DNA of 64,000 nt from a virus. Each line of letters starts with the position of its first letter. Position 1 is the stretch's first letter. A program made the translations under genes and the position numbers. Below, in pieces: positions 36,688 through 46,023 of this stretch. Below the pieces are notes generated by a model that saw nothing but the letters and a program-made list of their open reading frames with translations, was not told the DNA's origin and made no database searches. The stretch spans positions 10,461 to 74,460 of IMG/VR virus record IMGVR_UViG_3300013233_000167. One strand, written 5' to 3'.

Positions 36688-38205
36688 TTACTCCTCGTCT
36701 AGCAAAACCTTGTTAGTAATACGGTCAGATCTCCGACGCGCAACCTTCTTGCCAGCCTTCTTCTTCTTGAACCGCTTGCGCGCGCCCTTGCGCGTGATCC
36801 CCGCCTTGTCCTTGAGCCTCTTCGCGGTCTTCTTCCGCACCGACGCAGCATCGACGGGCTTCGCGTAGTCGGCGCGCTTGTCGTCGATGCCGTCGAGCAC
36901 CATCTTGGTTCCGGCCACGTCGTAGAGGCCAAGCGAACGCAGGCGGCACTGGTCGCGTTGGATCGCGCACTCAACGGTGCGGCCGTCCTCCTGGTTCCGC
37001 AGCGCAGCTCCGAACAACCGGCACTTGCGCTCGATGCGTTCGTCGTTCGACTGGCAGAACGCAATCGCAGCATCTACGATCGCCGCCTTCTCGAACGCCT
37101 CCGCGAAATCCTCGATGGTGATGATGTCCTTCTCCAACGCACCACGGCTCGCCTGCGAACCAGTCCACAGCGCAGCGTTGTACTCACCGGCGAGCTGGCG
37201 GAGGTCTTCGTAGATGCCCGCTTGCTCGTGCCGCATCTCTCCGAGCCGTCGCTCGGGCTTCATAATGTCCGCGTAGTCCACGAGGATCAGGTCCGGGTGG
37301 AAGCCGCGTGCCGCGAGCAACGACAGGTGACTACGAATCTTCGACACCGATGCGCCGCGAGTCGGATAGTCCTTGACGAACAGTTGCCCGCGCACCGCGC
37401 GCCTCATGCGCTGTTCGAGACCGACGACGTAGCGTTCCATGTCGGTCTTCTTGAACGCCACGCGGTCGCCCATGAGGCGGTCGTCGTAGCGGGCCGACAC
37501 CTTGTCCTGACTCATCTCCAAGCTGTAGTGCGCGACCTTGTAGCGATGAACGGAGGTCAGCGCGCCGAACCCGAAGTTGATGAGCGTCGTGGACTTGCCG
37601 CGCTTGGGTGGCGCGAGCACCACGCCCATCTCGCCACGTCCGAGTCCTCCGTCCAGCATCGCGTCGAGATGCGGGATTCCGGTGCGGACCAGATCGGCCT
37701 CTTGAAGTTCCGGGTCACGGTAGCGCGCGAGGCGAGACGCCAACTCACCTCGGTAGTCCACGCCGATGTCGAGCAAGTCTTCCCCGACGAGCGCCGCCTC
37801 GTCGAACAGCGCTCGCAGGTCCCGGTCTCCCCGGTCAAGTTTGTCCGCTGCCTTGAGGGTCGCGTTGACGAGCGCCTGTTGCTTGCCGAACTCAATCAGC
37901 TTGAGCAGCACAGCCTGTGCATCGCTAACGTCCTCCTTGTAGAGCCGATCGAGCGTGCGCCGAACGCTCGGGAAGTCGTCCTCCGAGACCTGATCCTTGA
38001 CCTCCTCGATCAACGTCGGCTGCTGGGGGAGCTTCGCGTGCTCATCGACGTGAACGAACAGCACCTCCGCGATCGTGCGCAGAGCGTCCGAGCTGTAGAA
38101 CGTGTGGTCAAGCGCACTGCGATAGCGCAGCACCCCGCCGGGGATGCGCGTCAGGACCGCGAGCGAGTGTCTCTGGAAGGCATCTCCGAATTCGTAGCTA
38201 CCCAT
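36688..38205 (-). CDS. dnaB: replicative DNA helicase (DnaB/T4 gp41-like)
   Basis: TG..HLD....GG...GE, APPKRGKS, YSLEM, LVDYADIM and WTGSQ motifs. Confidence 0.92.
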   Translation of the reverse strand: MGSYEFGDAFQRHSLAVLTRIPGGVLRYRSALDHTFYSSDALRTIAEVLFVHVDEHAKLPQQPTLIEEVKDQVSEDDFPSVRRTLDRLYKEDVSDAQAVLLKLIEFGKQQALVNATLKAADKLDRGDRDLRALFDEAALVGEDLLDIGVDYRGELASRLARYRDPELQEADLVRTGIPHLDAMLDGGLGRGEMGVVLAPPKRGKSTTLINFGFGALTSVHRYKVAHYSLEMSQDKVSARYDDRLMGDRVAFKKTDMERYVVGLEQRMRRAVRGQLFVKDYPTRGASVSKIRSHLSLLAARGFHPDLILVDYADIMKPERRLGEMRHEQAGIYEDLRQLAGEYNAALWTGSQASRGALEKDIITIEDFAEAFEKAAIVDAAIAFCQSNDERIERKCRLFGAALRNQEDGRTVECAIQRDQCRLRSLGLYDVAGTKMVLDGIDDKRADYAKPVDAASVRKKTAKRLKDKAGITRKGARKRFKKKKAGKKVARRRSDRITNKVLLDEE

Positions 38206-39127
38206 GCCAACGCACCCCCTCGACCCCTCTCAAGTCGCTGGACGCTGGGTCCAGGATCGACAGCGGGAAGAGTCTGGCGAGCAGTTGCGCGAGGCTATCC
38301 CAGGTGAACGGGCGGGCTCCGATGCGAAACGCTAGGTCATGTTCGTACGACTCCGCGACCGCACACGCGGCCTTCATGCGCACGAGGTTCTTTTCGGTGC
38401 GCAATCGCAGCGACCCAAACTGTGCACTCAGCTCAGCGAAGAGTTTCGCGCGTCTCCCCTGTCCCTGCGCTTCGACGGCCAGCCACTCCATGCACGGCTT
38501 CGCCTCCGCGATCGCCTCCTGCCAGTCGGCCGCACCGTCGGCCACGTACGCGCGCACGTACGCGAGTCCAACCTCGAACTCAGCGAGGTAGAGATTCTGC
38601 CGCAAGTCCGCGAGCAACGTGCCGCTCGTCTGTCCGGTGTGTCGCTGTTGACGGAAGCGCCGCGACTGTTTGCCCTGGTAGGCGTAGTAGCGACGCAGTG
38701 CGTTTTCACCTTGCAGGTGAAGCGGTTGGAAGCCGATCTCTCGATTCTTCTCGACCCACGGTTTCATCGCCCACATGTTACCGGCGATGTAGGTCGCAAC
38801 GTCAATGTCGTGTGCGAGCAAGTAAGACTCGACGGCGACGAACGAGTCGGAGTTGCGAGCTGATCGAGTGCGACGCGAACGTGTTCCAAGGATCTCTCGG
38901 TGCAGTCGGTCGTAGATCTCTTGGATCGTTTCGTCGCGGGGCGCGGCGATGGTCTCTTCGAGTTCCGCGATCTGCTCAGGCAGAGACCGGCGCGTACCCC
39001 AACGCACTGCAACGGGCTCGCATTGAACCCGGACTTCGCACCGCTTGCACCCGAGGTCTTTGGAATCGTACTCCACGCCGAAACAGCGAGGCACTCCGTC
39101 GGGCGACGGTACGGGGGTTTTCTTCAC
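38198..39127 (-). CDS. hypothetical protein with N-terminal Cys motif
   Basis: CFG..Y....CKRC....C; coupled to dnaB. Confidence 0.7.
   Translation of the reverse strand: MKKTPVPSPDGVPRCFGVEYDSKDLGCKRCEVRVQCEPVAVRWGTRRSLPEQIAELEETIAAPRDETIQEIYDRLHREILGTRSRRTRSARNSDSFVAVESYLLAHDIDVATYIAGNMWAMKPWVEKNREIGFQPLHLQGENALRRYYAYQGKQSRRFRQQRHTGQTSGTLLADLRQNLYLAEFEVGLAYVRAYVADGAADWQEAIAEAKPCMEWLAVEAQGQGRRAKLFAELSAQFGSLRLRTEKNLVRMKAACAVAESYEHDLAFRIGARPFTWDSLAQLLARLFPLSILDPASSDLRGVEGVRWHG
38238..38254. promoter_or_regulatory. 17-bp imperfect palindrome, copy 3 (inverted), 33 nt upstream of the dnaB start
   Basis: CTGGACGCTGGGTCCAG is the exact reverse complement of copies 1 and 2. Confidence 0.65.
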
Positions 39128-39220
39128 ACGCGCTCATCGTTGTGGAGGTCAATTCGATCATCACGCCCCGAGGTGTATCTACAGCCGGGGGGGCGCGTCA
39201 AGAGCATGTGAAGTTTTTCT

Positions 39221-40816
39221 TCACGCAACTTCTTCGTCCCACCGCTCGAACGGCAAGTCCAACGGCGCGTCCTTGTGCGCAGGCCAGTCCGTCCAGACCA
39301 GCACCTCGTAGCCCTCACCCTCCCAAGCATCAGCGCGCTTGGCCGCGTGCTCGCGCAGCGTGTCGTCGCACGTAGGCACGAAGTCAATCACCCACACGTC
39401 CTTGGTGTCGGCGCGCATTCCACGACCGATGCGCTGGCGGGAGTTCGTGTTGGCCGCCACACCTTCAGCGAGCACGATACCGTTGATGCCCGGGATGTCT
39501 TCACCCTCGTCCCAGATTCCAGTTGCGAGCACGAGCTTCACGGTGCCGTTGCTCAGCGACTCCTTGGCGTGCGCACGGTCTGAGTTGTCACTCGCACCCC
39601 ACACGCCGATGAACTCCGTGCCAGACTCTTCAAGCAGTGCGGCCAAGATGTCGAAGTGCTCTTTGTATCGACACATGAGCAGCGTCTTACGTCCGTGGTA
39701 AATCATCCACTGCGCCGCGCGCACCACGGCTGCGTTGTGCTGCTCGTTCTGCATGATGCCGAGCCTGTACGCGATGCGATACTTGTTCGGCTCTGGTGCT
39801 TTCTTCGACGTGCGCTTGAGCTTGCGCTTCTTATCGTCGCGCTCACGCATCTGCTCGGCTTCGTGCTCCACCTCGTCTTCGATATCTGGACCACTCACCG
39901 CGTCGCTCATCACCATGATAATCTTCGGCTTCGCGGCCAGCCCTGCTTCGATGAGTCCATCGGCCGCAACGTCAAACAAGATCGGACCCGTCGCACCGAT
40001 CAACTTCATGTCTTCGATCTCGATGTCCTTCAACGGCGTGCCGCTGAATCCGTAACGACGTTGCGCGCCGGAGTTCATGGCGATGTCGTACCACATCGTT
40101 GAGGACGAGTGATGCGACTCGTCGAGGAACATCACCTCGTACGTCTTGACGAGTTCGCGCAACCACGGATCAGCGGGAACCATGCCGCGCTTCTTCGTGC
40201 GCGTTGACTTCCAACGCTGCAACGTCTGTCCAGTAGCGACGACGATGTTGCCTTCGATGCGTTTGCCATCGCCCGCCATCCCGACGGTGATCCAATCGTC
40301 GAAGTATTCACACGCACGCTCGTACATCTGGTTCAGCAGACCCTTCTTCGGCACGAGGATGAGTGAACGCCACTGCTTCGTCTCCCACAAAAAACTCGCG
40401 GCCGTAAAGATCATCTCCGACTTGCCCGATCCAGTTGGAGATTTTATGACGCCACGCTTATGCGCGAGCATCGCGTGCACGGCGTCCCATTGATGATCCC
40501 ACAACCCGATGCCGGGTAACCAGCCGCGTTCGAGCGACGAGAGGTCAAATGACTTCTTGTCGTCGAATCCGCTGACAAAGACTTCGCGGTCGAGATCGTG
40601 CAGGTGGTCCACGACGCGCTGCGTGAGTCCGGCTGGGAAGCGGTTGGTGCCTCGCTCGAACAGCCGCACCATGCCGTCCCAACGCTTCTCCCGGTACGCC
40701 TTTGAGTACCACGGCTTCGGGTGCTTGAAGGCGAGACACGACTCCAGCGTGTTCTCCGGCGCGTTGTGGAGTTCAGCCCACGCGCCTCTGACGTAGATGG
40801 CTGCTCTGCGCTTCAT
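39221..40816 (-). CDS. superfamily 2 helicase (UvsW-like)
   Basis: WDGMVRL, SPTGSGKS, LDESHH, GFSGTP, EGEDIP and QRIGRGMR motifs. Confidence 0.9.
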   Translation of the reverse strand: MKRRAAIYVRGAWAELHNAPENTLESCLAFKHPKPWYSKAYREKRWDGMVRLFERGTNRFPAGLTQRVVDHLHDLDREVFVSGFDDKKSFDLSSLERGWLPGIGLWDHQWDAVHAMLAHKRGVIKSPTGSGKSEMIFTAASFLWETKQWRSLILVPKKGLLNQMYERACEYFDDWITVGMAGDGKRIEGNIVVATGQTLQRWKSTRTKKRGMVPADPWLRELVKTYEVMFLDESHHSSSTMWYDIAMNSGAQRRYGFSGTPLKDIEIEDMKLIGATGPILFDVAADGLIEAGLAAKPKIIMVMSDAVSGPDIEDEVEHEAEQMRERDDKKRKLKRTSKKAPEPNKYRIAYRLGIMQNEQHNAAVVRAAQWMIYHGRKTLLMCRYKEHFDILAALLEESGTEFIGVWGASDNSDRAHAKESLSNGTVKLVLATGIWDEGEDIPGINGIVLAEGVAANTNSRQRIGRGMRADTKDVWVIDFVPTCDDTLREHAAKRADAWEGEGYEVLVWTDWPAHKDAPLDLPFERWDEEVA

Positions 40817-40969
40817 AGTCTCCCGTTCGACCGCTGGCCGAGGTGCCGGATGAGGAACCGCCCTCGACCCCCAAGGGCTCGTGAGTCCCGGAGGCCAAGG
40901 GCAGCGGGTCCCGCTCGGGTGTGATGACCTGCGAACCTTGGCGCGCGTAGATCCCCAAGCGAGGTGACC

Positions 40970-40996
40970 ATCTTAGCACACCGGATCCCCGGTCAA
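40970..40996 (-). promoter_or_regulatory. sigma70-like promoter (extended -10)
   Basis: TTGACC-N15 followed by TGcTAAGAT upstream of uvsW; short spacer lowers confidence. Confidence 0.35.
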
Positions 40997-41081
40997 CCCC
41001 TGCCGACTCGGGAAAACAAGCCTGCCGTTCTCGAACCGAGCGCACAACCCGGGGCGTGGGGGGTTTGGGGGGTTGGCCTCT

Positions 41082-41098
41082 CTGGACGCTGGGTCCAC
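41082..41098. promoter_or_regulatory. 17-bp imperfect palindrome, copy 4 (inverted, 1 mismatch)
   Basis: CTGGACGCTGGGTCCAC. Confidence 0.65.
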
Positions 41099-41283
41099 GA
41101 AGCGGCGAAGCCGTCTTCGGCGAGGAGGCTTCCCTCCAGGGAAGCCGAACTCCGGAGATTTCGGACCGTCTCGGCCGGGATATTTCATAAGCGTACCTCA
41201 ATCTATAGCATCGTCCATTCGTCCTTTGGTCCAGAGGACGACAGTAGGTAACGATAAGAAGGGGCCGCTTAGACGAAGGGCGC

Positions 41284-41328
41284 GCTATGCTCCCTATGCT
41301 CGCTATGCTCGCTATGCTCGCTATGCTC
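41284..41328. repeat. 9-bp tandem repeat x5 (GCTATGCTC)
   Basis: Four perfect copies plus one CCTATGCTC, in apparently non-coding DNA. Confidence 0.9.
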
Positions 41329-41441
41329 GGAACGCGCGCGCGTGCCAAGTCATCTGAGTCCCGTCAACCCCAAGATGTAGTGGGGTTGGTTCACGCGAGC
41401 CACAAGAGCGCCGAATGCCCAAGACGCTGCTTCGAGGACGT

Positions 41442-42110
41442 TCATGTTGCAGTATTCGCCCTCATCCGCGCGGCCTCAAAGCAACGCCCCACGTCCGCGA
41501 ATGATAGCAGTTGACCATGCACGTCCCACCCAACATCGAGTGCATTCGGCCGTTCCTTATGCTTCCCATGCGAGTGTCCGTGCAGTAGCAGCGTTCCGCT
41601 CGACTGACCCGGCCACTCCTCGTTAGAGACTTCCGGGAAATGACGCATGAAGACTTGCTTGCCGTCGATGCGCAGATCCAGCCCGACGTATTCGTTCATC
41701 GTCTGAGGTACAAAGCTGACATGATCGGGGAGCTTACCCTGACGCGCAAGCTTGCGGAGAACCGTATCGTCATGGTTGCCTCCTATCAGGATAACCTGAA
41801 AACCTGACAGTCTACGCAGGGTTTCGATAGCCTTCGTGACGCCGACATGAAAAAGTAGATCTCCGATAGAGTACACGATGTCTCGTCGGCCCACAGTGTC
41901 GCACCACTGCTCCAACAGTGCGGAGTTCATCTGATCGACAGTCTCCCAACAGTCAGCTCGTGACGAACCGTGGTCGGGATGCAGAATGCCCTCATGGCAA
42001 AAGTGATGATCCGCCGTGAACCACACGTTGTCGGGTTGGAAGTCAAGAGCAAGCACGGTGTTCGTCGGGGTAAGGCTCGCGCCGCCATCGAATCGGATTC
42101 CGAACCCCAT
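41442..42110 (-). CDS. calcineurin-like metallophosphoesterase
   Basis: TADHHF.H, IGDL, GGNHD, HFP, LHGHSH and DVGWD motifs. Confidence 0.88.
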   Translation of the reverse strand: MGFGIRFDGGASLTPTNTVLALDFQPDNVWFTADHHFCHEGILHPDHGSSRADCWETVDQMNSALLEQWCDTVGRRDIVYSIGDLLFHVGVTKAIETLRRLSGFQVILIGGNHDDTVLRKLARQGKLPDHVSFVPQTMNEYVGLDLRIDGKQVFMRHFPEVSNEEWPGQSSGTLLLHGHSHGKHKERPNALDVGWDVHGQLLSFADVGRCFEAARMRANTAT

Positions 42111-42172
42111 CCCAAGGGTAAGCGGTCCCTGGTTATGACGACGACGCGAGTACGGTACGAGTACGGTCGATT

Positions 42173-44497
42173 CTACTTATCTTCGGTGCGAAGAAAATAA
42201 TCACGGAGCGCCTGCTTTCGTGCGTCCTCAGTACGCAGGCGCGCGTACGCGAGGAGCCGGTTGAACCGGGCGAAGTCACGGTCGCGCTTCTCCGCGATCC
42301 GATCCACCGGCATCTCTGCGGCCAGATCAGCGCGCCACTTGATGATTTTTACCGAGAGCCCCGCGACTGCCTTCCCGATGTTCAGTACGGCCTTACGATT
42401 GCCCTGGAGCGACTCAAGCGCGCGCGTCACGTAGTAGGTGGTGAGTCCCGACTGCTCCTTGAGTGCCGTCTTGTTGATCCACACTTCGAGCACGTTGGTC
42501 TTCTCGGTCGCATACGCGGGCTCGACGCAGCTCTCCGAGAACGTGCGCCAGACGTGCACTATCTGCGGCTTCGCTTTACCGGGCTCCTCGATGGCTTGGC
42601 GGAGCGCCTCACGATCGACGGTGATCGGCACGCCTTCCTTGATGGAGCGGCGTTCGAGCAGACCCGCCGAGTGTAGTCGGTTCAGGATGACGCCCACTTG
42701 ATCGGGGCTCAGTGCCGAGACCTTCTTGGCCGTGATCTCCTGCGAGAGTGCGTTGCGGTTCGTACGCATCGACTGACCGGGTTGCAGCATGGCGTGCAAG
42801 TGCTCCCACACGAGTTGGTAATGCTGCCACGGAGGGTTCTCGTTCTCGATCAGACGCATCTGCCACTCAGCCGAGCCTTGGTCGCCAAGCAGAATCGTCT
42901 CCGACACCTGACCGTCACGACCCGCGCGACCGATCTGCTGCGTGTAGTCCTCCAACGACCCAGGGAAGCCAAACAGCACGACGGTACGGATGTCTGGCAC
43001 GTCGATGCCCATGCCGAACGCCGTGGTGGCGCACACGATGCGCGCACGCCCATTCTCGTCCGCGAAGTCGTCCTGAACTTCAATGCGCCTCTTGTCCGGC
43101 AGGCCCGCGTGGTACGCGACCGCGATGCCGTCGCCGTGGATGTCCTCGCAGATCTCCGCCAGTTTGTGCGATCCGTTGCGCGACGAGCAGTAGACGAGGT
43201 GACGACCACCGCGCACGTCCATGTCGCGCGCTAGGCGGCGGAAAGTGCTCCACGAGTTGTTGTAGCCGCCGTCAATACCGCCGTCCTCGATCAAGTAGCG
43301 GAGGTTGTGACGAATCGGATCATCGACGAGGATCGTGACCTCTTCGCGGTCGAGCCCTAGCGACTGCACGATGTCTTCGACAACGATAGGAGTCGCGGTA
43401 GCCGTCATGGCGAGCACCTGGGGCCGCTCCTTTCCGTCGCTCAGCGAACGGATCAGTCGGTGGATGTGCATGTAGTCGGGACGGAACTGGTGCCCCCACT
43501 GTGAGCAGTTCGCTACGAGGATGCCTTCCGCGAAGTAGTTGTGATCGCCTTCGACCGTGAGCGAATACACGCGCGGACCGTCTTCGCCACCTCCGCCGCG
43601 TCTTCTAGGATCGCTTGCGATGAGAGTCTCAACACCAACCACCCGAGACGCTTCAACTTGCGATCGCGCTTCCGGTCGAGTCGCGCCAGTGTCTCGGCTC
43701 GTTGAGCATCCGCGTAGCAAGTCTTGTCGCAGTAGCGCGCCTTCTCCCGAGCCCTTCTTGACGAGAGCTTCTTTCGGCAGTGCTCGCAACGCTTCATCAC
43801 CGACCTCAACGTCTTTCGCTTCAACATAGCCTCGATGCTCCAACCAGATCTTATGGTCGCCCGTCACGTCCAAGACTCTCCCGTCAGCGAACCGCAAGCG
43901 AAAGAGTCCTCGACCTCCGACGCGAACAACTGCGTCGTTCAAAACACAACGTTTGACTTGCCTGCCGTCGCGGTCGCAAGCCACTACGAGGTCACCAACG
44001 TGCAACGTCTCGATCGCAACCTCGCCGTTCGGTGTACGCACGCGAGTACCTGCCGGATGGCAACAATGCGCTTCATCGACTGCCACGATCGAAACGTCGG
44101 CTCGTTGGATGGTCGTAAGAAAGCTCCGCGCACCGATGCGCTCTGGTGAGATGTAAAGCAGCTTCGTCGAGCCGTTCACGAATCCCTCGACCGCATCCCA
44201 CTGCTCGTCGTCGTCCATGATGGAGTTGATGCACGCGGCCGGGATGCCGCGCGACACCGCGTCGTCCACCTGATCCTTCATAAGCGCGATCAGCGGCGAT
44301 ACCACGATCGTCCCGCCTTCCTCCAGGAGTGCGGGAAGTTGGTACAGCAGAGACTTGCCGGTGCCGGTCGGCAGTACAGCGAGCACGTCGTCTCCTTCGC
44401 CGATACACGTCATCGCAGCGCGTTGGCTCTTGCGGAAGGATTGGTAGCCCCACCGCGCGCGCAGCACTTCTCGCGCTTCGTCGAGTGTAAACATCAC
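42173..44497 (-). CDS. recQ: RecQ-family helicase (intein-containing)
   Basis: LPTGTGKSLLYQLP, VSPLIALMKDQV, DEAHC|CSQWGHQFRP, ATTAFGMGID and QQIGRAGRDG motifs. Confidence 0.93.
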   Translation of the reverse strand: MMFTLDEAREVLRARWGYQSFRKSQRAAMTCIGEGDDVLAVLPTGTGKSLLYQLPALLEEGGTIVVSPLIALMKDQVDDAVSRGIPAACINSIMDDDEQWDAVEGFVNGSTKLLYISPERIGARSFLTTIQRADVSIVAVDEAHCCHPAGTRVRTPNGEVAIETLHVGDLVVACDRDGRQVKRCVLNDAVVRVGGRGLFRLRFADGRVLDVTGDHKIWLEHRGYVEAKDVEVGDEALRALPKEALVKKGSGEGALLRQDLLRGCSTSRDTGATRPEARSQVEASRVVGVETLIASDPRRRGGGGEDGPRVYSLTVEGDHNYFAEGILVANCSQWGHQFRPDYMHIHRLIRSLSDGKERPQVLAMTATATPIVVEDIVQSLGLDREEVTILVDDPIRHNLRYLIEDGGIDGGYNNSWSTFRRLARDMDVRGGRHLVYCSSRNGSHKLAEICEDIHGDGIAVAYHAGLPDKRRIEVQDDFADENGRARIVCATTAFGMGIDVPDIRTVVLFGFPGSLEDYTQQIGRAGRDGQVSETILLGDQGSAEWQMRLIENENPPWQHYQLVWEHLHAMLQPGQSMRTNRNALSQEITAKKVSALSPDQVGVILNRLHSAGLLERRSIKEGVPITVDREALRQAIEEPGKAKPQIVHVWRTFSESCVEPAYATEKTNVLEVWINKTALKEQSGLTTYYVTRALESLQGNRKAVLNIGKAVAGLSVKIIKWRADLAAEMPVDRIAEKRDRDFARFNRLLAYARLRTEDARKQALRDYFLRTEDK
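43508..44062 (-). mobile_element. mini-intein in the RecQ DEAH box
   Basis: DEAHC|CHPAGTRV...VTGDHKI...VYSLTVEGDHNYFAEGILVAN|CSQW; 185 aa; ends in AN rather than HN. Confidence 0.88.
43513..43797 (-). CDS. nested +1-frame ORF inside the intein: zinc finger plus Vsr/DUF559-like C-terminus (probably a deleted endonuclease)
   Basis: GAGG SD then MKRCEHC...YCDKTC...DRKRDRKLKRLGWLVLRLSSQAIL. Confidence 0.6.
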   Translation of the reverse strand: MKRCEHCRKKLSSRRAREKARYCDKTCYADAQRAETLARLDRKRDRKLKRLGWLVLRLSSQAILEDAAEVAKTVRACIRSRSKAITTTSRKASS

Positions 44498-44865
44498 GCC
44501 CCCGTCTCTTTCGGAATCTCTTCTTCGACTCCATCACGAACGCACACAATCTTCACGCCGCCCATCTGTACGTTGCGAAGGAGTTTGGCACCCTCTGCAA
44601 GCGTCAACGGATCAGCGTCGTAATCGAGGCTCGTGTACGGCGTGCTCGCGGTCATCACACCCAAGCAGTCGAGCCACGCCCACGCCTCGTCCACGTCCTC
44701 GCAAGGCTGCGCCTTCTGCGCTGACTTGACTAGCGGAATGACCACCTGCGCTGCGCCGTCTTCCCGAGAACTAAACACACCTTCCGCCAGCGTCGGCAAA
44801 CCCGCCAAGTAGAACCAAAGGCCGTTGAAATTCAGCTTCACATAGTAATTGTTGGTTTTCATCAT
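44494..44865 (-). CDS. hypothetical protein
   Basis: Coupled ORF. Confidence 0.6.
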   Translation of the reverse strand: MMKTNNYYVKLNFNGLWFYLAGLPTLAEGVFSSREDGAAQVVIPLVKSAQKAQPCEDVDEAWAWLDCLGVMTASTPYTSLDYDADPLTLAEGAKLLRNVQMGGVKIVCVRDGVEEEIPKETGA

Positions 44866-45545
44866 TTTTCATACCTCTTCGCTACGTTGTCGCGCCCCAT
44901 CTGGCGGAGGCGTTCATAATCCTTCGTGAGTTTCAATGTATGTGCCTTCGAGACCACACTCTTGACCGACCGCCTAACCTGTTGCGCGATCTCATAGTTC
45001 GACGCCAACGGATACATCTCGATCAACACGGACACCGAGCGCAGATCCCAACGCGGCATTTCGGTGTGCGCATCGCCGCGCTTACGAAGGAACGCCTTGT
45101 CCTTCGCTAGATACAGCCGCTTTGCGGTATCGACGATGAACTCAAGCGTTCTCCCAAAAATAGCAGTCATGTCAGCATCCGTTCGCGCACCGTACACTCT
45201 CTTGAATTCTACAAGCTCTGCGTTCGACAACGGCGTCGATGTCTTCGTTCGGTTGCGTAGCCTACCGATAGCGGCCGTCACATCTTTCTGGGTACGTCGC
45301 AGGATCACCGCGATCTGCTCCGTGGTCGCCACGCCGAGAAAGCTCTGGAGCTGCACCCTCTCCTGTTTTGACCAGCGCCCTTTGACGCGCGCACCTTGAA
45401 ATAAAAACTGCACCCGTTTTTCAAGCGCGGGTCTCGTTCGCTGCATCTGACGCGCCAGTTGCGCTAACGGAAGTCGTGCGTACTTGCGCCGAATCATCTG
45501 GTCTTCCACGACAGAAAACCTACCCCTCTTTTTAGACATGCTCAT
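44862..45545 (-). CDS. protein of repeated Myb/HTH-like units
   Basis: Four repeats of (W/F)...E...L...Y.......A....R. Confidence 0.65.
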   Translation of the reverse strand: MSMSKKRGRFSVVEDQMIRRKYARLPLAQLARQMQRTRPALEKRVQFLFQGARVKGRWSKQERVQLQSFLGVATTEQIAVILRRTQKDVTAAIGRLRNRTKTSTPLSNAELVEFKRVYGARTDADMTAIFGRTLEFIVDTAKRLYLAKDKAFLRKRGDAHTEMPRWDLRSVSVLIEMYPLASNYEIAQQVRRSVKSVVSKAHTLKLTKDYERLRQMGRDNVAKRYEK

Positions 45546-45636
45546 AGCAAACAGCCGGTAGAAAAACACTCGAATCGGCCCATCAGCCAACCGATTCGAG
45601 TACGTATGGGTCAACGGCGAAGCGTCAGGGCTCGCG

Positions 45637-46023
45637 TCACAGTTGGTCAATGACCGCGTTGTTATGATGCTTCTTCTTGTGCCACTTCTTGCCGATCGTG
45701 ATCCAATCCCCGTTGGGATTTTGCCACTGGACGACCGACTTGCTGCCCAAGTCCACGATTCGATAACCCTCGTTCCCGACAGTTGTTACCGGACAGTCGG
45801 CACATCCTCCCGAGAAGTCTGGCGTGCCTTGCGTCGTTACTCCGCTATTCGTGCCCTCGGTAAACGTCACTTTCAGGTTTCCGGTCGTCTGCGCCTCCAA
45901 CGTCACGGTAACGGTGTGCGTTCCCGTGGCATTACTCCACGTAGAGTTGTTCATCACGCCTGCCGCAAGGGCGGCCAAAGAAAGCGCAACGAAGGCTGCT
46001 AATCTAAGGATCCAATTTTTCAT
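45637..46023 (-). CDS. small secreted protein
   Basis: Signal-peptide-like MKNWILRLAAFVALSLAALAA; Thr-rich beta-type body. Confidence 0.65.
   Translation of the reverse strand: MKNWILRLAAFVALSLAALAAGVMNNSTWSNATGTHTVTVTLEAQTTGNLKVTFTEGTNSGVTTQGTPDFSGGCADCPVTTVGNEGYRIVDLGSKSVVQWQNPNGDWITIGKKWHKKKHHNNAVIDQL

Noticed and set aside
40773-41348. 191-aa ORF MARARVPSIASIASIAS...
   Set aside because: Arises from the 9-bp repeat, has no convincing SD and is Arg/Pro/Ser-rich; treated as non-coding.
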